From the NCBI RefSeq assembly GCF_021028975.2, contig NC_059432.1, positions 29,326,001 through 29,390,000 on the forward strand: DNA of 64,000 nt, written 5' to 3'. The DNA is from Sphaerodactylus townsendi. Lineage: Eukaryota. Shown in pieces: positions 12,820-24,951 of the stretch. Made by a program: the position numbers and the translations under genes. Below the pieces are notes generated by a model. The model saw only the letters and a program-made list of their open reading frames with translations. It did not search any database and was not told the origin of the DNA. Every line of letters begins with the position of its first letter. Position 1 is the first letter of the stretch.

Positions 12820-13060
12820 TCAGGCAAGTATTTTCAAGCAAAAGAATGAATCTCAAGACTGTGCCCATTTGAGGTCAAAATGTCATTAGCACATTGTTCA
12901 AGTTCAGTGCCCCTGAGTGTTCTGGCTAACAAGAGAATCATCCACAATCATCACCATGAACTGTGTGACAACAAAACTGTACAGAACTACTGGAAAGCAC
13001 TCGTGAGGAGAATCCGGTTTCTATTTGCAGGTGTATTTTCCCATTATTTTTCAGCTATAC

Positions 13061-13464
13061 CAGTGGTGGCGAACCTATGGCACGGGTGCCAGAGGTGGCA
13101 CTCAGAGCCCTTTCTGTGGGCACACGTGCACAGAGTTCATCATGTGGAGGGGGCGGAAAATCACCCTGGCACACACATCTAGGTTAGCCTGGGCACGATC
13201 CTTTACCTGGGAGTAAGCTCAGTTGCTCGCAATGGGGCTTGCTTCTGAGTAAACCCTCCTAGGGTCGTGATTCACCGATTCGAAGCGTTGCACAGTTGCT
13301 TCACCAAGCTTACTCCCGAGTAACGTGCGCCTTGGAGCCAACCGTTTTTTCTAAACTAAAACCTCAGTATTCAGGTTAAATTGCTGTGTTGGCACTTTGC
13401 GATAAATAAGTGGGTTCTAGGTTGCAATTTGGGCACTCAGTCTCAAAAAGGTTCGCCATCATTG
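13061..13464 (+). mobile_element. Non-autonomous hAT element (CAGTGGTGGCGAACC family)
   Basis: Same TIRs; perfect TSD AGCTATAC; internal deletion relative to 6541-7045. Confidence 0.9.
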
Positions 13465-13569
13465 AGCTATACAGTTCCAGCAATATGAGCTGGGAGTTTT
13501 ACATTAAAATCTAAAAAGGAGAGAAATTCTCTGAAAGTTCTCACAAAGCTTAATTTGGTTCACTAGAGT

Positions 13570-15390
13570 TTCATTCTACCACTGTATGTATAATGATTGA
13601 GGCCCTCACAATAGATACCTCTATTATACACCCAAATGTTAGACTGAATGCTGAATCTGTTCTTAGGGCCATTTGCCCTTGTGAAAAACACATAGACCTT
13701 TCCTGGTCAATACAGCTCCTGATTCTGAGACTCTTCTATGTAAAGTCACAACTATCAGACACAAAACCTTCATTCTCAACCATGCTCCGAGCCACAAACT
13801 TCTATGTGCTGCTACTGCCAATTACATAGTATTGGAGGAAAAGCATAGTGTGTCACCTTCCTTAGTCCTTTTGTTCTCCTCTGGAATCAGCAAAACTAGC
13901 TCTCTATCCCAACTGATGGAAGCCCTTGTAAACAGAGATGATGCCCTAATAGCCAAGTCTGAGGCCTCATGGGATTTTCTGAGAGAGTAATCTGACCTTA
14001 GGTTACATAGGGATCCACCCCTGTCTTTAGTAACCAAGCCCCCTGCGAGTTTCATCAACAGCATCTACTAAGGGAATCTCTAAGAGATCCATTGTCAGGT
14101 TAAGTATAAAGCCTTTTTGCTAACCAGGGTTCTATTTATTAGAAGAAGAGCAGTTTGGATTTTATACCCCCCCTTCCTTTGCTGTAAGGAGACTCACCTG
14201 CTCTTAACAGCTACACCAAACTGACAGTAGAAAGAAGGCTTGTCCATTCTTCTTTCATTTGGTTCCCAAAGAATTCTAGGAACAGCACTACTTCTCCCAC
14301 ACTAAGGAATGTGGGGAAAACTTTGAATTTGGTTTTAGGGTTAGTATCATCTTCCTCAGTTCCAGTGCTAATAGTCCTTGACAGGCCCCTTGGTTAAAGG
14401 GATGTTTGGATTGCATTGGGACAATTATCTCCTCCTCTGACATTTTTTACTCCTCTGAGCCCCCAAAGGAGGAGGCTGGGTCGCTGTGAGAAGAGTCGAG
14501 TCTGTGCACCGCATTTTCCCCCTGTCACCTTAGTCTTGCAGGTCACATGCACTGCAACCTGTCCTCTACTGAGAGGTCCTCTTTGCTTCACCTTCTAAAC
14601 AATACACTGGCGGGGGCGGGGGTGGGGTATGTGATCTGGAGGAATACCTTGAAGAATATCTTTTCAAATTCCCTTTTAGGGACTGGACCTCCTCCAACAT
14701 TGCATGGCAAAGCCAACTTGATATCTCCAGGGGGGGATGGGGATCTAGAAAGGGGTTTGGGAGAGAGGGAAGGCATCTCTATTTTGCTGCATCTCTCTGA
14801 CTGCTCCACTGTGGCCATGAGCTCCGAACATCAGCCATCTATATTGATGCAGAGGATATTCCTGCCAAAATCAGTTGCTGCTGCTGAGGTATCCTCTGAG
14901 GCACAATTGTATTGTCTGACATGCTCCTCTCGCGGCCTCTGCTCATCTGCAGGTTTTGCCCCTGATCAACAGGCCTGGGTATTAGTCCCTTCCTTCTGTT
15001 TCAGGGAGGACAAAAAGCCTCCCCCCCCCCTTCTTAGAAATGAAGCCATCTGAGGTGTCCTTGTTTTCTGTGTTCAGGTATTTCTACCCTCAAAAGGGTG
15101 GGGGTGGGGGTAGCCAAAAAGGAAGAATTTGAGGTATAGATTAAAGATATAATAGACATAAAAGTGTAAAAATAAAAGTATTAGGTGTCTTCTGCTGATT
15201 TGTAGGGGCCTTGCAGAGAAGCTCTTACCAAAAGCTTGCTCTCCTAAACGAGGCAGGAAACAAACTGAGGAAAATGGGTGATTCCACCCAGGAGACAGGA
15301 GGTTTAGAAGAATTTTAGTCCTGCATCCTTGATGGAAAGGGGGGACTCGCCCATGACAAATTGCCTTCCCCCTTGGAGCAAGAAACCATT
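13570..15390 (-). mobile_element. Degenerate, internally deleted DIRS1-like (tyrosine recombinase) retrotransposon in UBE2D1 intron 3
   Basis: The - strand encodes gag/ORF1-like LRKSHEASDLAIRASSLFTRASISW...AVAAHRSLWLGAW, then YR-like LRMKVLCLIVVTLHRRVSESGAVLTRKGLCVFHK...LRTDSAF, with stops and frameshifts. Boundaries are approximate. Confidence 0.7.
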
Positions 15391-16254
15391 GTTTTCATGG
15401 TATTAAAACCTCTAGAGCCTGAAAACAAACTTTGACATGAGGCAGAAGGTTTCTGTTGTGCCAACCCTCCCTATTTGAACACTGACTAAGTCACACCACT
15501 ATGATTCCTTTACCATTCTCACCTTCTCATTATAGATATATTTTGGAACACTAAAAACTATGGTTTGAACTTCATGTATTAGACAACTCAATTTCCATGA
15601 ATTTTAAAAGAAAACATTTAGGAAATTCAAAAATGAATTTCAAAACGTTTTTGTACTTTAGGACATGTTTCTACCTCTCAAGTATGGCACTCTGCGGTAG
15701 GATAAATTTTCTCGAGGCTATCAGAAAGGATCTTCAGGACATCATGAAAGGGTATCTCTCTCCAGTGGACTTAAACACGATTCTTTGATTCAGAATCTTT
15801 TTAACAAACTCCTTGGGTATTTCTTTAACTCCTCTATGTTAAATGAGTTGACGGTAGATGAACTACCCCAATGGCACAATACTTAGAGTTGCAGGTTGTG
15901 TGTGTGTGCGTGCGCACGTGTATTTTGATATATCAAAGTAAAACTGTAAAACTGTAACTGGCTGTACTATGAGGACCTTGTCACCTGCACAGGACTAAAC
16001 AATGTCCTCAAAAATAAAGAGTTCAAGAGCCATTTTTCTTTGCATTCTGCCAAGAAGTCCAACGAGGGTAAGAAATATCCCTCAAGGATAGGAAGGCTAG
16101 GTTACAAAAAACAACTACTACTCTGAACCTAAATTAATGCCTGTTGTTCAAAAGGTATTCAAAACGATTCCAGTCATCAGCAAATTCAGAAGCCAATTAA
16201 AGCATATTTTATTGGAGGAAAAGAGGAACTGAGCTATATAAACTGCATACTTAC

Positions 16255-16286
16255 AGGTCCCATAATAGTTGCCTGCCAGTGGAACA
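16255..16286 (-). CDS. UBE2D1: UBE2D1 exon 3, (L)FHWQATIMGP
   Basis: 32 nt, AG/GT boundaries, 91-nt intron 2. Confidence 0.98.
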
Positions 16287-16306
16287 CTGAAAAACACAAA
16301 GCATTA

Positions 16307-16441
<135 letters not shown>

Positions 16442-16856
16442 CTACAGGAAACATGAAAACATGGGCATGGTTACTTAAACAAAACTCAAGACTATTCAAG
16501 TTCAGATTCTCTTTAGGTTTGATCAAGTGCTCCCAAAAGCTACAGCCCAAAATTAATAGAACTATTAGTGAACAAAAGGGCTAGTTATTTCAACGTTTAA
16601 CCCCTAATACACCAGGTGCCACAATGAGATGACAATATTCCAATCCCAAAGTGGTTTTTCATGGGCACAAGCCTGCAGCAAATTTCACAGGCCCTTTAAA
16701 AAGTTGGGGTATGATTCTGAACACAAGAAGGTAAGTCTGAAGAGATTGCCTTATATTGGACTGGGAGGGAAACAATAGTGCAGGAATGGATTGTTTCCTC
16801 ATTTGTGCTTCCTGGTTTCCAATTTAGTTTTCCAGTGTAACATATTTTCCAGGACA

Positions 16857-17431
16857 TCCTCCTTTCGGTAGTCCCCTATCCTCACCTTTCCTGCTTCTTT
16901 TTCTCCTTCCCAGACATAAACCAGCCTACCACTGACCTGCCCATCCCCCCACCTTCAACTGTATTCATTTACTTCATTTAAAGACAAATGGAGGACCAGC
17001 AAGGATTTGCTGGAGTATCTCATTTCCCCCTTGCACACTATTTCTTTTATTTCCCTTCTCTAAAAGCTCCTCTTGTCTCTCTCCTTTTCCTGCTTCCTTC
17101 TCACCCACCAGCCAATCCACCTTTATCAGCCCCATCTTCAGTTTTCCATGCTTCCCTCTCATGGGAAGCCTCTCCCCCTAAATATGGTGCTGGATGGACA
17201 GCAGTGGAACCTGTATGGTACCAGGTAGACAATGGAGAACCTGCAAGGACTTGTTGGAGTACCTCACTTTCTCTTGCATCTCCTCACCACACTATTTCGC
17301 CTTTTCCTCCTTTCGGTAGTCCCCTATCCTCACCTTTCCTGCTTCTTTTTCTCCTTCCCAGACATAAACCAGCCTACCACTGATCTGCCCATCCCCCCAC
17401 CTTCAACTGTATTCATTTACTTCATTTAAAG
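16857..17431. repeat. 127-bp direct repeats (16857-16983 and 17305-17431) around a 321-bp spacer
   Basis: The copies differ at one position that I could see (actgaCctg vs actgaTctg). Confidence 0.92.
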
Positions 17432-19193
17432 CAGCCAGGCCTGGATGAGATGTGCAAGTCATGTGGTAGTGAGTCCCCTGATAGCTGCTGCTGGGTCTGA
17501 TGTGTCCTCCCTCAAGGCCAACAAAGACCTAAAGGAACCCCCTCCCTCTTTTATTTACAGAAACCAAGGCTTGAAGGCTGGTATTACTGTTGTGCTTGCC
17601 TAGCAATGGCCTCTGAGGACATTCATTCCTTAAAGCTATAAGTGCTACTTTCATTCTGGGAGTTTTAGCCCACCATGTTTTGTTTTGTTTTTTTAGATTT
17701 CAGATTTTTCTGCAAACCTGAGGCTTTCTTGGGTTTGTGGGAAGTTCTGTCTTGTCTGCCCATGTCTTTCAATCTCAGGATTTAAGTATCCACTGATCCA
17801 CTGAGAATTAGATATATTAATTTATATCACTACCACATTCAGCACTACTGGAAATGGATAATATTTAAAGCAGGAAGCTTTCTAGATCTACTTTTAAAAT
17901 GTGATTCCTGCCCCAGACAAAATATACTCATTATTTTAGGTCATTTGGACATAGGTATTACAAGACTCAACCCAGCCCAAGTTAATTAATTTCAATGGGG
18001 TAGTTATGTATATGTTTCCCTTCCGTTTGAATCAACAAGAACTGAAAATGCTGAACAATGAATAAACCATGCCCAACATATTATCTGTGATATTCTCATT
18101 GCTGGTTCACTTCCAAGGATGCTCAATGGCACAAGTTCACAACGATTTTGGCCAGATTGTCTGTATGGGTGTACAATTAACAACCTAAAACAGAAAGAAC
18201 CAGCTCTCTCTTAGTTTACAAAATCTTCCCTGTCTAGTTTCTGGAACATTTTCCCCCCCACCATTTAAGAACAGGCAGATTTATTAAACAAACCCCTATG
18301 TTTGACAGAGGCTTTCACTTCTAGTTCAGTTTCTAAATTTGAAAACATTTTGGAGAACCTTCCCCCCCCAATGAACACTCATTTGTCCTCCTTCTTAACC
18401 ATACATAAACAAACCCAGAAATGTACTAGTCATTGTGTTGCTAAGCTCTCAGAATCGTTTCCTTGACCTTCCAAGAGGAGCCTTCAGGTCTCACCCAACT
18501 ACTTGCAACTAATTTTACTCCGAGGAACTAGTTGCATGCCAGACTGGAGAGGTCATTTCAGTATACACTTGTCCAGAGAAACCAATGGCAAAATCTTTTT
18601 GAAGCGCAGTTTCCTTTTTAATCCAACCACTCAGGTTTCACTGAGCAGGGAGAACAACTTATCTGTGCAAAGCCTAGAGATTGCCAGTTCAAGAGAGGAT
18701 CCACAAGTGTCAGATTTCCAAGCGTCATGAAAGTGAAAGCCAGCAAACTCTTAAACAAAGCCATGGACTGAAGGCGGAAAGGGTCCTTCTGTTATTATGA
18801 TTTATAATAAAATTATTTATTATGATTTTCAGCCGCAGATGAAGCCAAACCACCTTGAAATGCCGGCTACTTTAAATATACTCCCATGTCTTTCCCTGGT
18901 TTGCTTTCTGCTGGGTTCAAACACAATAACAAATACTACACCTTGGCGTACAAAAACTCAATACTTGAGTCATAACCAAATGATTTACAATTGTGACAAT
19001 TGATTTGTAATTGTGACGGTCCCAATCTTCACTTTTTCTGAATAGAACCTGCTGACATAAGAGAACAGCTTTAGGTCTTTAAGAAGAGCCTGCATTTGAA
19101 ATATCATTTTATTTCACGCTATTGACATAATCTAATTGGCTTGACAGAGAATCCCAAATAAAACCAAATCTAGAGGTTTTATAGCCTCTAAGC

Positions 19194-19287
19194 CAGGGGT
19201 CTGCAACCTGTGGCTCTCCATGAGGGCAGGGGCTGATGGGAATTGTAGTCCATGAACATCTGGAGAGCCACAGGTTGCAGACCCCTG
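19194..19287. mobile_element. Palindromic hAT MITE, same family as 1028-1117
   Basis: Same TIRs; TSD ctctaagc/ctccaagc. Confidence 0.85.
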
Positions 19288-19655
19288 CTCCAAGCCTTTA
19301 AAAATCCTCTATATAAACTTCTTGTTACTTTACCCGTTGGATTTAAATATCCCTGGATGTATCATTAGAAGAAGTGAAGATTGGGACTGTCACAATTACA
19401 AATCAATTGTCACAACTGTAAACTGAGCTTTTGTACGCCAAAGTGTAGTATTTGTTATCGTGTCTTTTATACACCTACCCTGTTAAAATGATGGGTTCAA
19501 ACACAGGACTGAACAACCATTTCATTATGCACAAGAGGAGAGGCACTTTACAATCTGCTGGTGCTCCATCCCTGCACAAACAACAGCATATGCTGCCTAT
19601 TAATACTATATTATACAATGATATTATCCCTGGAAACACAGTGCACAGTTAAGAG

Positions 19656-19756
19656 CAGTGGTGGGATTCAGCAGGTTCGCACCACTTTGGCAGAACCGGT
19701 TGTTAAAATGGTGATTGTAAACAACAAGTTGTTAAATTATTTGAATCTCACCACTG
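19656..19756. mobile_element. 101-bp hAT MITE (CAGTGGTGGGATTC family)
   Basis: TIRs CAGTGGTGGGATTCA / TGAATCTCACCACTG; perfect TSD GTTAAGAG. Confidence 0.88.
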
Positions 19757-20496
19757 GTTAAGAGCCTCCTCAAAATGCAAGAGAGATAAAATGAGTTCCA
19801 TGAAACAGATTCAGAACTGAATAAACCTGGTGCCAAAAAAGCCAAACACAATTTGCGGAGAACAGGACAGAGACAAATTACGCTGTTTTTGACGCAGAGT
19901 TCATTCGTTCTTCCCCTGCCACTGCCACTTCCCAAATCCCTGTAGGACCTGGGAAGCGATGGCAGACAGGGAAAGAGGACAACTGAATTCTGCTCAGCAC
20001 TCAGTTGAAGATCTCTCTGCTGCATAAACTTGCATAAAGTTGATGTGTTTTGGCTTTATTCGGTTTTATTGAACATTTCTGGGTTTTTATTATCCAGACC
20101 TGAAAATTTATTGATCATTTTTTACGTGCTCACCCCTCGGACAGATATTACTTTAAGGCAAACATCTAAAGGTCTGGAACTTAGGAGTCTGTTGTGCTCA
20201 CAGTAGTTCTTCTGGTGCAAGAAGCCTCTAACCAACACAAGAACCTCTTCTATAAGCAGAGCAGCCTCTTGTGCCAAACGACCCCCATTAGTAGAAGACA
20301 GTCATAAGTTCCAGCCCATGAATTCTGTGTGAGGTAACCTGTTGAAAGAGCACAAAATAATATTGCCTCATTGGCACCAGAATTAGAGGCAGCACTATTT
20401 TGGGCCAGTCATTCAAAAAGAATACCACAAGTTTTACATGTACATATAGGAACAATATGATGCAGTTCCTTTTTGTTTCTTTTTCTTGCTGTCAAG

Positions 20497-21007
20497 CAGT
20501 GGTGTACGTCCCTAGGGACAAGGGTACCACTCTGTCCCTGGGCACCACTCATCTGGTCAAAAATGGTCTCCCCATGTGACCTGGAAGACGGCAAGGACTT
20601 CCTGCTGCCTCATCATCTTCGGGAGCCTTTGGCCCCGCCCATGTCATCATCGACATGGGCAGGGCCAAGGAAACCTGAGGACACCACCTCAAAGCCTTGC
20701 CTCCCCTGGCTCCCAGCTGGCAGTCCCTTCTGCCCTCCCCTCTAGGAAGAGCAGAAGCAACTGACGCTCCATCCTGGGGCATGGCCACGCCCCTGAGGAG
20801 CAGAGCCCTGTCCCCATACTTATAAAAGCAAAGGAGATGAGGATGGAGCCTCAGTTGCTTCTGCTCTCCCCAGAGGGGAGGGTAAAAGAGATTGCCGGCT
20901 GGGAGCCAGGGAGGGCTACCTCCCCTGAGCCCTGCCCCCCTGAGCGAAGCGTGGGGAGCCCAGAGAACGGCTGTCTCCGGGCACCATTTTCCCACCATAC
21001 ATCTCTG
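20497..21007. mobile_element. 511-bp non-autonomous hAT element with an internal long inverted repeat
   Basis: Ends CAGTGGTGTA / TACATCTCTG; perfect TSD CTGTCAAG. Confidence 0.8.
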
Positions 21008-21589
21008 CTGTCAAGTCACAGCTGACCCTGTAGGATTTTTAAGGCAATAGATGCTCAGATGGTTTGCCATTGCCTGCCTCCATGTCATGCCCCTGATATT
21101 CCTTGGAGGTTTCTCATCCAAGTACTTGCCAGGTTCGAGGCTAAGAGTGTATGATTGGCCCAAAGAAGAAGAAGAGTTGGATTTATATCCCCCCTTTCTC
21201 TCTTATAGGAGACTCAAAGGGGCTTACAAACTGCCTTCCCTTCTCCCTCTCACTCTTCCTCCATCTCAGGGGAAGAAGAGAGGATGATTTCATCCTCTTA
21301 CATTTCCTCACTCCAGCCCCCCAACAAGGAAGAGCCACATGGGTCTTGTGACCTCATGAATGATCTTTCTGTGTGCTTTCCATGCTTGGATGGCAGGATA
21401 TAAGCTAGAACTTTTAAACAATGCTGTTGCCACAGCATTACTGAGGGAACTACCATCAAAGAAACTTCCCTCTCATGTATCTACACAGTTCTACATTTTG
21501 AGTCTAGTCAGCCTCCTCCAAGACCACCTGGAACTTTATCCACCCACTCTTGCTATAGAATTTTGCCTAAGAATGGAAAGTTAGCAACT

Positions 21590-22562
21590 GGGTGGGAAAG
21601 GGGAGGCCTTGAAGGATATTGTTGTCCCCACAGACTCAGTTGGAAGCCTTGGCATACTGGATCTGACTTTATACCGGTGGAAGCAAGTTAATACAACTGC
21701 AACTCATTCTAGCCCATAAAAGGGCCACATACCTTGATATACCTTGACCTGGCCACCTGCACCCATACCACAGTAACACTGAGGCCAGACTTCTATAATG
21801 CACTGTACATTAGTCTTCCCTCAAAATCAACTTGGATACTCCAGCTGGTCTAGAATGCCACTGCTTGAATATCAGCAGGAGCTAGACAAAGCATGCATAT
21901 TTCGCCCATTCTGTAGACCCTCTGTTGATGGCCCATTAGTTAACAAGCTCAGTTTAAAGTATTGGCTAACACATATAAAGCTCTTCGTGGTCTTGGCCCC
22001 TCTTTTTTTTATGCTCTGCCATGGAACCCTGGAACGCTCTGCCATAACTCCATTCCTGTGCTTTGCCACAACTCTGTTCACATCACTGAGGGCTTCTGCA
22101 AGTGCCAATCTGCAAATGGATAAAATCAACAACTATCTATGCCAGTGCTTTCTTTGTGGTGGCTCCTACTTGTTGAATAGCCCAAAGAGATCAGGAAATC
22201 TCCCCCTTTCCTGGCCTTCTGCAAACTATATAAGATGGAACTATTCAAGATGGCTTTTCTGAACAGGTAATAAGGCTGCACAATGCAGAAAGGTTTCACA
22301 AACTTACTTGGATAAATGATTGGGACTTGTGATCTTTACTGCTATATACAGCATACTGTAAATTGTAATTTCTGTACTGCTTAATGTGTCATGTTAATAT
22401 TTATGTTACGCTTCTGTGGTTTTCTGGTGCTTCCACATGTCAAATATACTAATGCATCAGTTATTGAATGTCCTATTTTGTTAACTGTACTGACATTCTA
22501 TGTGTAATCCACCTTGAGTCCATGAGAGAAAGATACATTATAAATAATGTACATGAATAAAT
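21590..22562 (+). mobile_element. Degraded LINE-2-like 3' fragment
   Basis: Ends in an L2-type tail (TGTAATCCACCTTGAGTC...AATAAATA); its 3' part is similar to 47670-47930 (shared CACAAACTTACTTG and TTAATGTGTCATGTTAATATTTATG). Confidence 0.55.
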
Positions 22563-24684
22563 AGTATGTGCATTCACTGTAACTTATGAACCAGCTTACT
22601 GTTTCTTCTCCAAGAAACAGCAATCTGCCCTTTAGCATTCAAAGCTGGAAAATTCATCTCCATGAGAAATTTACCCTATAGTGCAGGGGTTGGAAGACAG
22701 GTTGAAAGGAACGTGCCCTCTTCCATTCAGTCTGTCCAAGGCAGATGAGAGAGTTTGGGCTCTTCTCTCTAGCTTCCAGGGTCCAAGGCAATATAAGAAA
22801 AGATGTATGTATCTTTGCTGTTACTTTCAAACGCTTTTTAAAGATTATACATTGTAATTTGGTTGCTGATTAACTTATCATATTTATCATCCACCTGGAG
22901 TCCCAGTGAGAAAATCTGAGTATAAATGAAGCCATTATTATCACCCCTACTATATTATTGTCTTCATTCTATTTTTTTTCAGGGTCCACTCCTCTGTTTG
23001 GGGGCAAAGAGGTAAAAACCATTTCTGTGTATGGGGTTTTCCAAGGTAAGCTGAGGCCTCCAAAGCTGTGAATGGTTCCACAATGCTGCTTAAGTAACTG
23101 ACCCACTTTACTATGAGGCTACATCTGCACACCATGCAATATTACACTATCCTGGTGCTACAGCAATAATTTGAAACTGGGTTGTCTTGCACACACAGGA
23201 AAATCCACTGGCAAAACACTGCTACAGTGCAACAGTGCAACATTCAACAATGGATGCTTCTCAGTTAGTGTTACTGGTTTGCATCTTTTGCCATGAGAGA
23301 GCGGAGGCTAATCAGAAATACCAAGTTGTGAAGCTTAATAAGCTATTTGATGAGTCAAAGAATTAACTTCAGTGCATTTGTTCTCCAGAGCAAATGCAAC
23401 ATTTCAGAGAATCATGAAATGCTGCTATGAGCTGTCAATCCTACTTTTCACATTAACTAAACATTACATTTCACCAACTAAGCAAAATTCAGATAAAATA
23501 TAATGCTTGTGAATGCACACATACTGAGACAGATGTCACTCAGTGGTGCTACCAGACTGGAAAAAAAATTAAAAGATCGGGATTCTTTCACACTTTAGAA
23601 TCCAGTGGCTTGAGTCAAGCTTTCTTCTGGCTTGTTCAAATTCTCTGCAAATGTTTTTTAGACATTCTCCAAGCACAAAGGATTCAAATTTCCTCTCAGG
23701 CTCCTGATAAGGACAGCTGAAAGGAATGTTTCCAGGCACTCTGAAAGAAAATTTTGGGTATGAGCAAACACTGTGAATTCCTTCACTGCTGTTAAGAAAA
23801 AGCACAACTGAAGCATCTGTAGCTGCAATACGGACAATGGATAAAAATGGCGGCCTCAATAGAAATGTAAAGGAGGCATGCTGTCTATCAAGTCCAAGAC
23901 AGCGGGTCTGCAGACGAACTGTATGAATGATTCACTGACTTGCCAAACCACAAATAGAGCCTGTAGAGGTTAAAATTAGCGCCCTAATAAAGGACACCCT
24001 CTACCAAGCACCCAGAGGTTTGTTGGGACACTTTGATTCCTCAACACAGCCGCATGCAGGACCAGCTGACACAACATGACAGCAATTTTTAATCTTATGC
24101 TGTGAAAAAAAGTTCAATGTGTCACTGTCCCAAAATCGGGGGAAGGATAGAGAGAGAAAGAACACAATATTCAATCTTTGCTCAATACTTACATGGGTCT
24201 TCAGTCCTGCTAAAAATAAGTAATTTCTGCCTTAAAAACCCTTAAGAGTCTCTGTTCTTCTAGAACAGAGACACCCCCCCCCCACCTTTGCAGATTTCCA
24301 ATGTAATTTTAGCACATCTGATCACAAGATATCCATTCATGGCCCAAACTTTTCATCCATGGTGACCACACACAGATGTAGATCAAGAGACCAACAACAC
24401 ACACTATATGAAAGCTAAGAATTGTGAATGATTGACTGCCCATAAGCGGGAAGACATCCATACCACAGACATTTTTCATAATTGGACTTAAAAGACCTGG
24501 CAGCCCTGAGTGATTACAAACATTAACCTGCTTAGCTTCCCTTCCCAACTTTAGCGATCACTAATTACTACTATTATGATCTGTTTTTGTTGATTACATC
24601 ACATCCTGTACTTCCTGCATTTCATGTCTCCCTCTCCCTCTCTATACCTTATATGTATATATGTATGTATATGTATATATATAA

Positions 24685-24951
24685 AAAGGTATAGTTTCCC
24701 CTTCAGTCATGTCTGATCCTGAGGTACCACTGTGAGCAGTGATTTTATAGGCAAGCTGCTTTTGTGGGGTAGTTTGCCATTGCTTTCCCTGGCTACTCTT
24801 TACCCCCTAGGTACTCATTTACCGACCAATAAATGGATGGATGGCTGAGTTGACCATGACCCAGCTGCCAGGATATCTGACCCACAGGGGGCTCGAACTC
24901 CTGACCGTGTGAGTGACAGTGCAAGAACTTAACCACTACACCACGCGGCTC
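24685..24951 (-). mobile_element. Sauria-type SINE
   Basis: tRNA-like head (GGTGTAGTGGTTAAG...GGAGTTCGAGCCC on the - strand), central GGCAATGGCAAAC-like block, ACCTTT tail followed by a TA/TATG microsatellite. Confidence 0.7.

Noticed and set aside
16857-17431. 127-bp direct repeats as LTRs of a TRIM/mini-retroelement
   Set aside because: No TG...CA ends, no TSD, no primer-binding site seen.
23569-23859. 96-aa minus-strand ORF as a nested gene or pseudogene
   Set aside because: Non-ATG start, no recognisable family, no clear splice or promoter context.
24890-24951. tRNA gene (A-box and B-box-like sequence)
   Set aside because: It is the tRNA-derived head of a SINE; it has no acceptor stem and continues into the SINE body.
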